Notes: generated by a model from the letters alone, not told the origin. 64,000 nucleotides of DNA from Alphaproteobacteria bacterium (GCA_015062345.1 SUUV01000003.1:15572-79571); one strand, 5' to 3'; shown: positions 1 to 10,040, counted from the stretch's first letter. A program made the numbers and translations.

Positions 1-1391
1 CTTAGAAAATCTAAAAATTTAGTGTATTTGGTGGTTAAGTATCTTTGAGAAACAGCCTGCGCTCCCCAGTGAAAAAACAACACATCGTTATTATTTTGAT
101 ATTTTAAGAGCATAACATTATCAATTTTTTTCATTAATGATGCAATCTCTTTATTTTCGGGAAACATATCAGTATATATGGCAACAGCTAAATAGCTTTC
201 ACCATCATATAACGGATTTGTATTTTCACTTTCGGGATTCAATCGGAAACCTTTATTATCCATAAAATTGTGTTTAAGTGTGCTTACAAGTTTTTCTCTT
301 AATTCTTGATATTGTTTAACATCTGTTTGTTTTTCATAAAATAAAACAGTTAACAAGCCCAAACTTACCGCACCTATCTTTCTTTGAGATAATTCGTCTG
401 CAATGTAATATTGGTTATCACTACCTTTTAATAAGTTTTGTTCGGTCCTGTCTAATATTTTTTTTATTAATAAAAGAAGGTCTTTGTCTTTTGTTTTATA
501 TGCAATGTACGCAAGCGTATAAGCAGAACCCATTTCCCTTACATTGCGATTTTGAGCATTTTCCAGGCCCGGTGAGAGAAAGTCTATTTCATATTGTATG
601 CGCCCATCTTCATTGATTAAATTTTTAAATGCCTTAATACCATCGTCGATATGTTTGTAATGTTTTTGTTTTTTATTTTTATCTTCTTGTATGATTTGCA
701 TGTCAATAAATTCAACCATAAATTTGTTCGGTGTTATAGGTATATCAATTTTTCCTTTTCTTTTTAGTTGTTTTAAAAAACGCTTAGAAGTAGGATATTT
801 TGACCAAACACTGCTTAAAAAAAATGCTTGTTGTTTACCGTTTTTAGATTTTATTCTGACTGCATATTTAAACGGTTCCAGTTTTGCTGTAAGTTGTTCT
901 TCATTTTTAAAATTTATTTTTTGATAAGAACCTAAAAGAGAAATACTGATTTCAAAATCTTCTGAATTAAAATCTTCTTTTGTTATACCCGAAAATCTGT
1001 TATCAGAAAATCCGGCATCATAAGCAGCTTGTGAAAGAGTTTCAATAAACGGTTTATTCGTTCTGATATTTCCTTTACACCCGAGAAGTTTTCCTCCTTT
1101 TTCTAATGTTACAAACACACCTGTCGGACTGTATGACGAAATTTTATAATCTTCGGCCTTAGGAACAACATAGCCCTTACCCTCAAGAGCCAACCGTAAA
1201 GTATCTTTCACTAAACGAAACATCTCTTGTTTTTGAAGTTCTAAACCATTTGTTTCAGAAGTATTATTTTTCTCAAATTTTTGTGCATCAGGGACATTAT
1301 TACAAAAATAAACACCTCCGATAACAGTTAACAGCAACGAACAAAATAACATCAATGATTTTATTGAAAATATTTTACGATAATTTTTCAT
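1..1391 (-). CDS. AMMECR1-domain protein with a long C-terminal extension. Partial: the gene runs off the window start.
   Basis: Minus-strand ORF open to position 1, with ATG at 1391. My own translation gives MKNYRKIFSIKSLMLF... with the motif GVFVTLEKGGKLLGCKGNI typical of the AMMECR1 core. It is absent from the ORF track because there is no stop inside the window. Confidence 0.55.
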   Translation of the reverse strand, partial: MKNYRKIFSIKSLMLFCSLLLTVIGGVYFCNNVPDAQKFEKNNTSETNGLELQKQEMFRLVKDTLRLALEGKGYVVPKAEDYKISSYSPTGVFVTLEKGGKLLGCKGNIRTNKPFIETLSQAAYDAGFSDNRFSGITKEDFNSEDFEISISLLGSYQKINFKNEEQLTAKLEPFKYAVRIKSKNGKQQAFFLSSVWSKYPTSKRFLKQLKRKGKIDIPITPNKFMVEFIDMQIIQEDKNKKQKHYKHIDDGIKAFKNLINEDGRIQYEIDFLSPGLENAQNRNVREMGSAYTLAYIAYKTKDKDLLLLIKKILDRTEQNLLKGSDNQYYIADELSQRKIGAVSLGLLTVLFYEKQTDVKQYQELREKLVSTLKHNFMDNKGFRLNPESENTNPLYDGESYLAVAIYTDMFPENKEIASLMKKIDNVMLLKYQNNNDVLFFHWGAQAVSQRYLTTKYTKFLDFL

Positions 1392-1570
1392 TTGAAACCT
1401 CAAAATTATGCCGATTAAATAAGAAACTTTTTAATTTTTAACTAAAAACTTATTATCATATTGATATGGTATAATATATTTTTTAACAATTATCAACTTG
1501 TCTTTACAACATATTACGCATTTTATAAACTGGTCTTTTCAGCAACATATATTTTAAGCTCAAAATCACC

Positions 1571-2920
1571 TCAAAATCTTTTTTGTATACTAAACTCAAT
1601 TAACGATTTTTCATATTCTTTTTGCCATATATTTGAGCTCTTATCAGTGTAAGAATATGTTAAAGTCGGTGCAAAGCCCATAAACGAAATTTTGCGATTA
1701 GACAGTGATATAGAATATCTTTGAGTTGTATCGTGTTCTTTTACTTGTTCAAAATGATAGTCTTTAACCGTCCAGCGCTTGCCTTTATAATCGGTAAACA
1801 CAACCGATGGCTCGGCATATATATGAAAACCGTACGGCAATTCCGCACCAAAACCGAGAGCTAGATTTATTCTATTGTTTGTATATGTTTCATCTTTTGT
1901 TTTTTCATATTCATAACCCGTCTTAAATATGAAATATTTTGAAGAATCTAAAGCATAAAACAAACGCAATCTGGCGCTTTTTACATTGCCGTCCAAAATA
2001 TCCGAATAGTCATCATAATATGTCGGCGTATAGTTTAAGGTTAGGTTTGCGTTTAGCTTTTTTGTTACATCATAATTTGTTTCAAACATAAAACCGGTTG
2101 AATAGTTATAAGATTTATGGGCAAGGTATCTCTTAGATATTGTTGGTCCAAAGAAAAAATCTCCTTTGTTATGAATATATCTTGCGCCTATTGTATAGTA
2201 TAGGTATGTATCGTCATATTTTTTATCGTCATATTTTGAATTATAAACCATAAATTCGTTCTTTAAACGCCATTTATCGGTGAGCTTAAATTCATAATCC
2301 CCGCCGAAAGTGATGTTTAAGCCGACATCTTTTTTAGGTTCGTCTAAGGTATTGCAAACAATGCCAAATATTGTCATAACACATTGTTCGCCCGATGCCG
2401 TATTGTTTACATTGTTATCGGGAGCAATTCCCATATTAAACCACAAATTCCAATTTTTGTTTTTTCTGATATAATATAAAGCATATTTTATTCTGTGTTG
2501 CACCTCTTTTGGGGTGTCTTTGTGTGATAAGGCCAATCTGTAATGATATTCGGCTCGCATCCAGTCTTTTTGTTTTAGGTACAGTTCTGCCAATCTATAC
2601 CTGATATTTGCAATATCGGGTTGATAATCTAAGATAAAATGGTAAATATCTATCGCTTCTTGAGGTTTGTTTTCCAGTGTGGCAATTTGTGCTAAAAGAT
2701 ATAAACGCTCAATTTCAAGTTTTTTATCATTATACGGTTTAGCAAGCAAAGCCTTTCTTGCATCTTCAAATTTGCCCTGATTTATTAAATCGGTAGCAAA
2801 AGATAATAATTGTTTATGCGTCAAGGCAATTGCGGTTGGTTGTTCCTCAACCGCATTTAACGGCATAGCTTGGGCGGTTGTAACGCCCAAGCTAATTAAC
2901 ACAATCAGTCCATACAGCAT
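1571..2920 (-). CDS. Outer-membrane protein with N-terminal TPR repeats and a C-terminal beta-barrel, Slam/DUF560-like.
   Basis: Signal peptide MLYGLIVLISLGVTTAQA. TPR-like helices in residues ~30-170. C-terminal half is rich in alternating aromatic residues and ends in F, as beta-barrels do. It directly abuts the upstream lipoprotein gene. Confidence 0.5.
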   Translation of the reverse strand: MLYGLIVLISLGVTTAQAMPLNAVEEQPTAIALTHKQLLSFATDLINQGKFEDARKALLAKPYNDKKLEIERLYLLAQIATLENKPQEAIDIYHFILDYQPDIANIRYRLAELYLKQKDWMRAEYHYRLALSHKDTPKEVQHRIKYALYYIRKNKNWNLWFNMGIAPDNNVNNTASGEQCVMTIFGIVCNTLDEPKKDVGLNITFGGDYEFKLTDKWRLKNEFMVYNSKYDDKKYDDTYLYYTIGARYIHNKGDFFFGPTISKRYLAHKSYNYSTGFMFETNYDVTKKLNANLTLNYTPTYYDDYSDILDGNVKSARLRLFYALDSSKYFIFKTGYEYEKTKDETYTNNRINLALGFGAELPYGFHIYAEPSVVFTDYKGKRWTVKDYHFEQVKEHDTTQRYSISLSNRKISFMGFAPTLTYSYTDKSSNIWQKEYEKSLIEFSIQKRF

Positions 2921-4354
2921 TTATTTACGAACACCGCCAAATGCCATTTCTGCATCTATATAGGTGCTTGTTCCGTCGAGCTCTTCTCTGGTTTCTCCAA
3001 AACAAGCAGAACCTACAACTTCATCAGGTTTTTTCAAGTTTTCACCATAATATTTAATGTCAGCCGTTCCGTTTATTTCATCTGTAAACGCAAAATCAGC
3101 ATCTTTTGGTGTTCCTTCAAATGCAAAAGTATATTCGCCTACATTTGCAGTATCGCTGGCAATGGTAATTTTATGCCAATCCGTAAAGTCGGCCGTAAGA
3201 GTTTCTTTACCGTCTTTAAAGTTCAAATTCATAGAACCGTTAAAGATTTTTTCTTTATCTGGTTTACCAATATTTTCGACATAAACAATGGCTACTGATT
3301 TACCTTCAAAGTTCATTTCGGTATCAACTTGCGGTAAATCTTGTGCGGTAGCTTCCAACCCTTTATAACCGCCATAATATGCCATATATCCTTTTTCGTT
3401 ACCTAGGTTATAATCCACTTTTCCGAAATCGCTGTATTTTAATCCTACGGATTTTCCTAAGCTATCCATTTTAACCGATTGTGGAAGTGACTCTTTATAA
3501 AAACAATTGCCTTGTTCTTCACAAGTGTCTTCATCTAAAAACTCACCTAAATCAGCACTATCTAACCAAGCCAACACTTTTTCTTCTGTTTGAGTATCAT
3601 AACCGCCGTTTTTAACTTTGTTTTTGAATGCTTCTACAATATCTTCTTTGGTAGCATCTTTATCGACAATAATGCTATGACTTGAGTAAAAGTCTCCGTC
3701 TGCATCAGAAATTGCACAGACAAATCCATAGCTGGTATAACCTTTGGTATTTTTATAAACTCCGTTACCGGCATTGGTATATTCAATAACACCGGTCGGA
3801 GAATCGTCATGGTTAATTTTTAACCCTTTAACATTTTGATTTTCATCAACAATAAAAGCATATCCGTCATCTTCAAAAGGTCCGTAAAATTCAACATCAT
3901 TTAAAGACAAATTGCGCTCTGTTCCCAATTTTGCATATACATCTTCGGCTTTTTCTTTAATATCCAAATTTTGAATTTCCGATTTTAATTCATCTAAAGA
4001 CATATCTTTTAATTCTTCAATATCTTCCCCGACCAATGCCAACGACAACAAAATGTCTTCTTTGGTTGCTGTGGAAACATCTTCTTGTACCAAAATTTTT
4101 TCCATATTCTCATATGCTTTGTTAATGTCCTCAGCTGAAGTATCAGATGTAAGCCCAACCAAAGCGGCTGCATCTTCATATGCTGTTGTGCGTTCTTGAG
4201 TGTTATTAACCGCCTTAATGCTTGTACCGACATTCGGTAAGGTTGTATGCGGAATATGACCGTGTCCGCCGCCACCTCCGCCACCACAAGCAGTTAAAGC
4301 CGTTGTAAGCATCAATGTGGTTAAAATAGTTGAAAGTCTCATAGTTCTCTCCAT
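2921..4354 (-). CDS. Lipoprotein with a poly-Gly tether and a C-terminal beta-rich domain; candidate surface-exposed lipoprotein (TbpB/fHbp-like architecture).
   Basis: Lipobox LTAC followed by GGGGGGGHGH. C-terminus reads ...GEYTFAFEGT...AEMAFGGVRK. Adjacent to, and co-oriented with, the Slam-like gene. Confidence 0.5.
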   Translation of the reverse strand: MERTMRLSTILTTLMLTTALTACGGGGGGGHGHIPHTTLPNVGTSIKAVNNTQERTTAYEDAAALVGLTSDTSAEDINKAYENMEKILVQEDVSTATKEDILLSLALVGEDIEELKDMSLDELKSEIQNLDIKEKAEDVYAKLGTERNLSLNDVEFYGPFEDDGYAFIVDENQNVKGLKINHDDSPTGVIEYTNAGNGVYKNTKGYTSYGFVCAISDADGDFYSSHSIIVDKDATKEDIVEAFKNKVKNGGYDTQTEEKVLAWLDSADLGEFLDEDTCEEQGNCFYKESLPQSVKMDSLGKSVGLKYSDFGKVDYNLGNEKGYMAYYGGYKGLEATAQDLPQVDTEMNFEGKSVAIVYVENIGKPDKEKIFNGSMNLNFKDGKETLTADFTDWHKITIASDTANVGEYTFAFEGTPKDADFAFTDEINGTADIKYYGENLKKPDEVVGSACFGETREELDGTSTYIDAEMAFGGVRK

Positions 4355-4740
4355 TAGTTAAATATTACAAAAAATTAACCACCTTGCTAAAAGTGGTCGT
4401 AGAGTTCGTAAATCATATTGCATTAAATGACTCTTTTAGCCTTTAGGATATTAAAAAACAATACACCCTTGGACATACGCTAAAAGCTCCCCGACCGTTG
4501 AAGTCAGGGATATATTCATTGTTGGTTTTAATAAAAACCTAACAATATGACGATGCTTATTGACTAGCACCGAATGCAATAAAAAGCTTACGACAGCTCC
4601 GCACCTTTAGTAGGCGCTGAATATAAGTTTAGACTTATATCTGTTAGAGATGCTAAACACAAATAAAAAAAGTCAATAAAAAATTTACTAAAATGTAAAA
4701 AAATTATTACATTAAGGATAAAATGCGAAAAAAATGGTGC

Positions 4741-4785
4741 CGGTTAAGTGACTCGAACACTCGGGCCCTCTCATTACGAATGCGC
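4741..4785 (-). other. Partial duplicate of the 3' part of tRNA-Thr (T-arm + acceptor 3' strand + CCA) plus 15 nt of flank. Not a functional tRNA.
   Basis: A 44-nt exact direct repeat of 4978..5022 (aaatgcgaaaaaaatggtgccggttaagtgactcgaacactcg). The anticodon stem is broken and the 5' half is absent. Confidence 0.7.
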
Positions 4786-4993
4786 TTGAGGAAATAAAAA
4801 TCTTGATAAGATTTTTATGACGAAAGGTGAACTTTTGTTAGCTTTTGAGCTAGTGACAACGACGCGAAAAAAGCGTTACAAAAGGAATGACCGCAGCGAG
4901 TTAGCGAACATTTGTGAGCTTATCGAGCCAGAGCTAGCAACGCAAATTTTCAAAAAACTTTTTGAAAATTTATATTCGTAAATGCGAAAAAAA

Positions 4994-5069
<76 letters not shown>

Positions 5070-5160
5070 ACATCTATATAAGTGAGCTTACCATAATTTG
5101 AGTAAAAATAAAAATCAAGTGTTTTTTTAAAATACACAGTTCTTATTAGAAAAAATCTTA

Positions 5161-5298
5161 CCTCATTTTTGATTTAAATCCACAAATAGACTCTTTTTAC
5201 TTGCAAAAAAAAAAAACGGTTTATGATGCGTCTTGAAAGGGCATTTTTGCCTTTTGAATGAAAATTAAGTTAAACTATTTTTGTAAAGGATATAAATT
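5161..5298 (+). promoter_or_regulatory. Conserved promoter-leader module (copy B1): TTTGATTTAAAT box, TTGCAA, A12 tract 5215..5226, TATGAT, leader hairpin, RBS.
   Basis: Near-identical to seven other copies in the window. Confidence 0.7.
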
Positions 5299-5763
5299 AT
5301 GAGAAAATATTTTCTTTTATCTGCTGTTGCGCTTTTAACTGCAACCACAGCAAATGCAACCACCGACTATGCTGAAGTAACAGCTAAGGCTACAATTGAG
5401 GTGGCATCAGTATTTAGTTGCAGTGATTTAAATTTTGGTAAAATTGTTGTAAAAAACGGCCATGAAGATACTTATGTTGTTCTCGGTTATGAAGTAGAGT
5501 ATGACAAGGAAAACATCATATCATTTTCAGAATATGAAATGGCAGCTTGTAATAATCTGCTTGAGGTAACAGGCAATGATAGTATTATGCTTGATCATGC
5601 AACTTTACCTGAAACCATTACTTTATCAGGACCAAACGGAAGTAAATTAACAGTATCTGATTATCAAATATTTGATTGGGACTTTGGCGGTAAATTAAAT
5701 ATACCGGCAGGTATTCAAGCTGGCGAATATACAGGTTCATTTACCGTAACTGTAACATACTAA
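5299..5763 (+). CDS. Secreted small protein, MRKYF family paralog 1 (Csu/SCPU-pilin-like).
   Basis: Signal peptide MRKYFLLSAVALLTATTANA. CSDLNFG motif. C-terminal GEYTGSFTVTVTY. Followed by terminator 5774..5803. Confidence 0.8.
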   Translation: MRKYFLLSAVALLTATTANATTDYAEVTAKATIEVASVFSCSDLNFGKIVVKNGHEDTYVVLGYEVEYDKENIISFSEYEMAACNNLLEVTGNDSIMLDHATLPETITLSGPNGSKLTVSDYQIFDWDFGGKLNIPAGIQAGEYTGSFTVTVTY

Positions 5764-5773
5764 TCCAAATTTT

Positions 5774-5803
5774 AAGGGAGCTGATTGGCTCCCTTATTTT
5801 TAT
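5774..5803. terminator. Bidirectional intrinsic terminator.
   Basis: aagggagc-tgattg-gctccctt followed by a T-run. Lies between convergent genes. Confidence 0.6.
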
Positions 5804-5851
5804 AATTTCAATTGCGCATTTAATGAGGTTTAAGGCTTCATCTTTTTAAAT

Positions 5852-6238
5852 CTATTTTTTCACAGATTTGATTTTTTTTAAAGATTCAATTTCCCGTTCA
5901 AGATACATAACTCTTTGACGCAACTCATTTATGGTCATACCTTGCAATTTTTCATCAAATTCAAACTTAGGTCTGCCTCGCTTATTCAGCTTAGGATATT
6001 TTTTCTGAAATTTCCATCTGACCAAACATTTAGTTGCGTATTTACCACAATTAAACCAATCGGGTATACCTGCTTCGGAGAATATTTGCTTGGCTGTTTT
6101 ACCCGACTTTTCATGCTCACGCAAAACTTTTTGCTTAAATTCTTCTGTGTATTCCACATTGCTGTTAATAACTTTTGATATATTAGAATTGCGTTCTAAT
6201 TCTCTTTTTTCTTCTGAAGTAAATATATGATGTTTCAT
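5852..6238 (-). CDS. Solo HTH plus leucine-zipper protein resembling IS3-family OrfA; no OrfB partner is present.
   Basis: HTH (SGKTAKQIFSEAGIP), an RGRP motif, and a C-terminal coiled coil ELRQRVMYLEREIESLKK. Confidence 0.4.
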   Translation of the reverse strand: MKHHIFTSEEKRELERNSNISKVINSNVEYTEEFKQKVLREHEKSGKTAKQIFSEAGIPDWFNCGKYATKCLVRWKFQKKYPKLNKRGRPKFEFDEKLQGMTINELRQRVMYLEREIESLKKIKSVKK

Positions 6239-6277
6239 CCTCTATCCTTTCTTATTTGCGTACATTATAAACAATTT

Positions 6278-7705
6278 TTATAATTTGTCAATTGCTTGTT
6301 TAATGCGGTTTATAGTTTCGTCTTTTCCTAAAATTACCGCCAACTCGGTTGCTCCGCCGGGGGTAGTTTCTTTGCCTGAAAGAGCAATGCGTACCGGATA
6401 AAGAACTTGCCCGTTTTTAAGTCCGTTATTTTCTGCCAAAGCTTTTAGGACTTCAAATAAATTTTCATTGGTCCAAACATCAACTTTTTCTAGCACCGGT
6501 AAAGCCAAAACAAGCGAATTTTTCGCAATTTGCTCATCAGTTTTCATCTTTTTGTTTTGATACAACAAAACATCATATTCGGGCATAGTTTCAATAAAAT
6601 CTGTTTGCGGGCAAATTTCAGCCAATGTTTCAACTCGTTTTTGCAACACCGAGCTTAAAAACTCTAAATTTACCTTGCGAGTGATACATTTTTCATAATA
6701 TGGCATAGCCAAAGCATGAAAATCGGCAAGTGATAAATTGCGGATATAACAACCGTTCATCCATGTAAGTTTTGCAATATCAAAAATCGAGGGTGATTTA
6801 TTTAAGCGCTCGGCAGTGAATAATTGTTTTAATTCGGCAAGAGAAAAAATTTCCTGTTCGGTTCCGGGGTTCCAACCCAAAAGAGCAATGTAGTTCAAAA
6901 TTGCTTCCGGCAGATAGCCTTTTGCCACCAAATCTTGGAAAGAGGCATCGCCATTTCTTTTGCTGAGTTTATGTTGCGCATCTTTCATCACCGGCGGTAC
7001 ATGAACATAAACAGGTGCTTGCCAGCCGAAATCTTCATAAATCAGATTATATTTCGGAGTTGATGAAATATATTCGTTTCCACGCACAACATGAGTAATT
7101 TCCATTAGATGATCATCTACCACATTAGCAAAGTTATAAGTCGGAAAACCGTCAGATTTTAACAAAACACCCTCGTCTAACTCATCATAATCAATTTCAA
7201 TGTCGCCATAAACAACATCATGAAACACCGATGTTCCTTTTTTGTGAATGGTTTGACGAATTACATACGGCTCACCGTTTGCAATGCGCTTTCTGGCTTC
7301 TTCAAGGGTAAGATTTTTGCAAGGGTCAACAAACTTTGTATTTGTTTGTTCGTCCTTTTGCTCATCAGCTTCATCAGCTGAGCAAAAACAGTAGTGTGCA
7401 CCGCCAAGCTCAACCAATTTGTGAGCATATTTGGCATACAAAGGTTTGCGTTCCGATTGAACATAAGGGCCGAAATTGCCACCGATATCGGGACCTTCGT
7501 CCCAATCCATACCCACTCTTTTTAAGGTTGAATATATAATATCGGTAGCTCCTTCAACATATCGTTTTTGGTCTGTATCTTCAATGCGCAAAACAAAATC
7601 ACCGTTTTGAGCTTTGGCAATTAAATATTCATATAAAGCAGTTCTCAAATTACCGATATGCATATATCCGGTAGGACTTGGGGCGAATCTGGTTCTAATT
7701 TTCAT
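6278..7705 (-). CDS. gltX: Glutamyl-tRNA synthetase.
   Basis: HIGN and KLSKR motifs. ATG at 7705 (MKIRTRFAPSPTG); the ORF-track start at 7747 is a TTG extension. Confidence 0.9.
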   Translation of the reverse strand: MKIRTRFAPSPTGYMHIGNLRTALYEYLIAKAQNGDFVLRIEDTDQKRYVEGATDIIYSTLKRVGMDWDEGPDIGGNFGPYVQSERKPLYAKYAHKLVELGGAHYCFCSADEADEQKDEQTNTKFVDPCKNLTLEEARKRIANGEPYVIRQTIHKKGTSVFHDVVYGDIEIDYDELDEGVLLKSDGFPTYNFANVVDDHLMEITHVVRGNEYISSTPKYNLIYEDFGWQAPVYVHVPPVMKDAQHKLSKRNGDASFQDLVAKGYLPEAILNYIALLGWNPGTEQEIFSLAELKQLFTAERLNKSPSIFDIAKLTWMNGCYIRNLSLADFHALAMPYYEKCITRKVNLEFLSSVLQKRVETLAEICPQTDFIETMPEYDVLLYQNKKMKTDEQIAKNSLVLALPVLEKVDVWTNENLFEVLKALAENNGLKNGQVLYPVRIALSGKETTPGGATELAVILGKDETINRIKQAIDKL

Positions 7706-7918
7706 TTTTTCCTCACAACAAATTATTTTCTTACCAAGATAAAACAAAATATTTACAATGCAAGAACTTTTATAACAACCGCATAATATTTTGCAAAAAA
7801 ATATGATAATTTTGATGTGTAATACTTGACATTTTATTTAAGAATAATTAAAAGATATGGGTGCTAGCAATATATAAGAGTTTGAAAACAAACTCTATTA
7901 AAAATTTTAAGGAACGAC

Positions 7919-10000
7919 ATGTCTGAAAAACAAAATCATGACTTAAACGAGGGAACAAGTGTTGATTCCCCTTTGATTGACTCGCTTGGCAGCGCAGTCA
8001 AAAACCTTATTGAAAAAGGAAAAGAGCAAGGTTATATCACTGTTGAAGACCTAAACCGCGCCCTACCGCCGGAAAAAGAATCTTCGGAGCAAATTGAAGA
8101 TATAATGTCAAGTATATCTGATATGGGTATCAGTATCATTTCCGAATCGGAAGCCGACAGCCTCGATTCGGAGGATAATCATGAAGAAGGCGAATATGTT
8201 GATGAAAGCGGAAACTTTGATGAGAAAGATTTAGGCCGCTCTGATGATCCTGTCAGAATGTATTTAAAAGAAATGGGGCTTGTTGAGCTTTTGTCCCGAG
8301 AAGGCGAAATTGCCATCGCAAAGCGCATTGAGGCCGGTAAAACCGTTATGATAAGCGGTTTGTGTGAAAGTCCGATGACATTAAAAGCCATTGCGCAATG
8401 GCGAGATGAGTTGCTTGAAGGAACAATGCAACTTCGTGACATTATAGACCTTGAGATGATGTATGGTGATGATACCGAAGCCATGGTTTATGATGATGAA
8501 GAAACCCAAGTTGATGATTTGGATAAGGTTACCAAAGAGCTTGCGGAAAAAAATCTTGATGAAATAGATGATGATTTAGCCACTGATATTGAGCTTGGCG
8601 ACACTGTCGATGATGAAGAAGATATGGACGATTTAGATGAAAACGAATCGGAGGAAAATTCTGAAATTGATGGTGAAGGCAACATAAAAAGTGTCGATTC
8701 ATTAGATGATGAAGGTTCAATCGGTCACAGTGCAACCTCAATCTCTACAATGGAAACCGCATTGATTGAGCCGGTATTGGAAATTTTGACTAAAATATCA
8801 AGCTATTATGATGATTTGAAAAAAATTCAAACTCAACGCATGGCGGCAATTATGTCGGGAAGAAAAGTTACTGCCAATGTTGAGAAAAAATATATTAGGG
8901 TCAAAAAGGAATTAGTTGAGTTGATGAGCTCCATTCATCTTAATTCTTCAAGAGTTGAGCAATTGGTTGAACAACTCAACGAACTTAACAAGCGTTTAAT
9001 GGGTATGGAAGGTAAGTTGTTGCGTTATGCAATGTCTTGCAAAATTAAACGCGAAGACTTTTTGGAAAGTTATCAAAAATCGGAGCTTGACCCCAATTGG
9101 CTTGATGAAATTTCACAAATTAAGGATAAATATTGGCAGATTTTTGTTGAGCGCTACGGTAAAGAGATTGCAGAGCTCAGAGACGGTATTGCTCAGATGT
9201 CGCAAGAATGCGGTTTGCCGATAACGGAATATCGCAAGATGGTTGATACAATCAAACGCGGTGAGCGAGAAGCCGAAAGAGCCAAGAAAGAAATGATTGA
9301 GGCAAACCTGCGTTTGGTTATTTCGATTGCTAAAAAATACACAAATCGCGGTATGCAGTTTTTAGACTTAATCCAAGAAGGCAATATCGGTTTGATGAAA
9401 GCCGTTGATAAGTTTGAATATAGAAGGGGTTACAAGTTTTCAACATATGCAACATGGTGGATAAGACAAGCCATAACTCGTTCAATTGCCGACCAAGCAA
9501 GAACTATCAGAATTCCGGTACATATGATTGAAACCATCAACAAACTTGTCAGAACTTCTCGTCAGATGCTTGCCGAAATGGGTAGAGAGCCTGTGCCGGA
9601 AGAATTGGCAAAAAGGTTATCAATGCCTTTGGAAAAAATCCGTAAAGTGATGAAAATTGCCAAAGAACCGGTAAGCTTGGAAGCACCTGTCGGTGATGAA
9701 GAAGATTCTTCATTGGGTGATTTTATTGCTGATGAAAGCGCATTGCAACCTCTGGACAGTGCAATTCATTCTAACTTAAAAGAAACTTGCAGCAAAATTT
9801 TATCTTCCTTAACTCCGAGAGAAGAAAGAGTTTTGCGTATGCGTTTCGGAATTGATATGAGCACTGACCATACCTTAGAAGAAGTCGGACAGCAGTTTAA
9901 TGTAACCAGAGAGCGCATTCGTCAAATTGAGGCCAAGGCTTTAAGAAAATTAAAACACCCGAGCCGTTCAAGAAGACTTCGTTCATTTTTGGATCAATAA
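7919..10000 (+). CDS. rpoD: RNA polymerase sigma-70 factor.
   Basis: Regions 1.1-4.2 are present ([31 protein letters not shown] region 4). Long acidic non-conserved spacer. Confidence 0.95.
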   Translation: MSEKQNHDLNEGTSVDSPLIDSLGSAVKNLIEKGKEQGYITVEDLNRALPPEKESSEQIEDIMSSISDMGISIISESEADSLDSEDNHEEGEYVDESGNFDEKDLGRSDDPVRMYLKEMGLVELLSREGEIAIAKRIEAGKTVMISGLCESPMTLKAIAQWRDELLEGTMQLRDIIDLEMMYGDDTEAMVYDDEETQVDDLDKVTKELAEKNLDEIDDDLATDIELGDTVDDEEDMDDLDENESEENSEIDGEGNIKSVDSLDDEGSIGHSATSISTMETALIEPVLEILTKISSYYDDLKKIQTQRMAAIMSGRKVTANVEKKYIRVKKELVELMSSIHLNSSRVEQLVEQLNELNKRLMGMEGKLLRYAMSCKIKREDFLESYQKSELDPNWLDEISQIKDKYWQIFVERYGKEIAELRDGIAQMSQECGLPITEYRKMVDTIKRGEREAERAKKEMIEANLRLVISIAKKYTNRGMQFLDLIQEGNIGLMKAVDKFEYRRGYKFSTYATWWIRQAITRSIADQARTIRIPVHMIETINKLVRTSRQMLAEMGREPVPEELAKRLSMPLEKIRKVMKIAKEPVSLEAPVGDEEDSSLGDFIADESALQPLDSAIHSNLKETCSKILSSLTPREERVLRMRFGIDMSTDHTLEEVGQQFNVTRERIRQIEAKALRKLKHPSRSRRLRSFLDQ

Positions 10001-10040
10001 TATAAAGCCCCGAAAGGGGCTTATTTTGTGCGGATAAAAT

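Noticed and set aside
4741-4790. The partial tRNA-like fragment (T-arm plus CCA) followed by a short ORF-like stretch looked like the acceptor piece of a permuted two-piece tmRNA.
   Set aside because: The acceptor 3' strand AACCGGC is identical to tRNA-Thr and cannot form the G3:U70 alanine identity pair. No ANDN-type tag reading frame and no complementary 5' strand occur nearby. It is simply a duplicated tRNA-Thr 3' half.
5190-5215. A sigma-54 type promoter (TTGCA element) in the shared promoter.
   Set aside because: No GG dinucleotide sits at the -24 position upstream of TTGCA. The sigma-70-like TTGCAA ... TAnnnT reading fits all copies.
8179-8741. Minus-strand ORFs inside rpoD (8179..8484, 8488..8685, 8529..8741).
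   Set aside because: They are antisense to a well-supported conserved gene. They are low-complexity Ser-rich translations of the acidic-region complement and are spurious.
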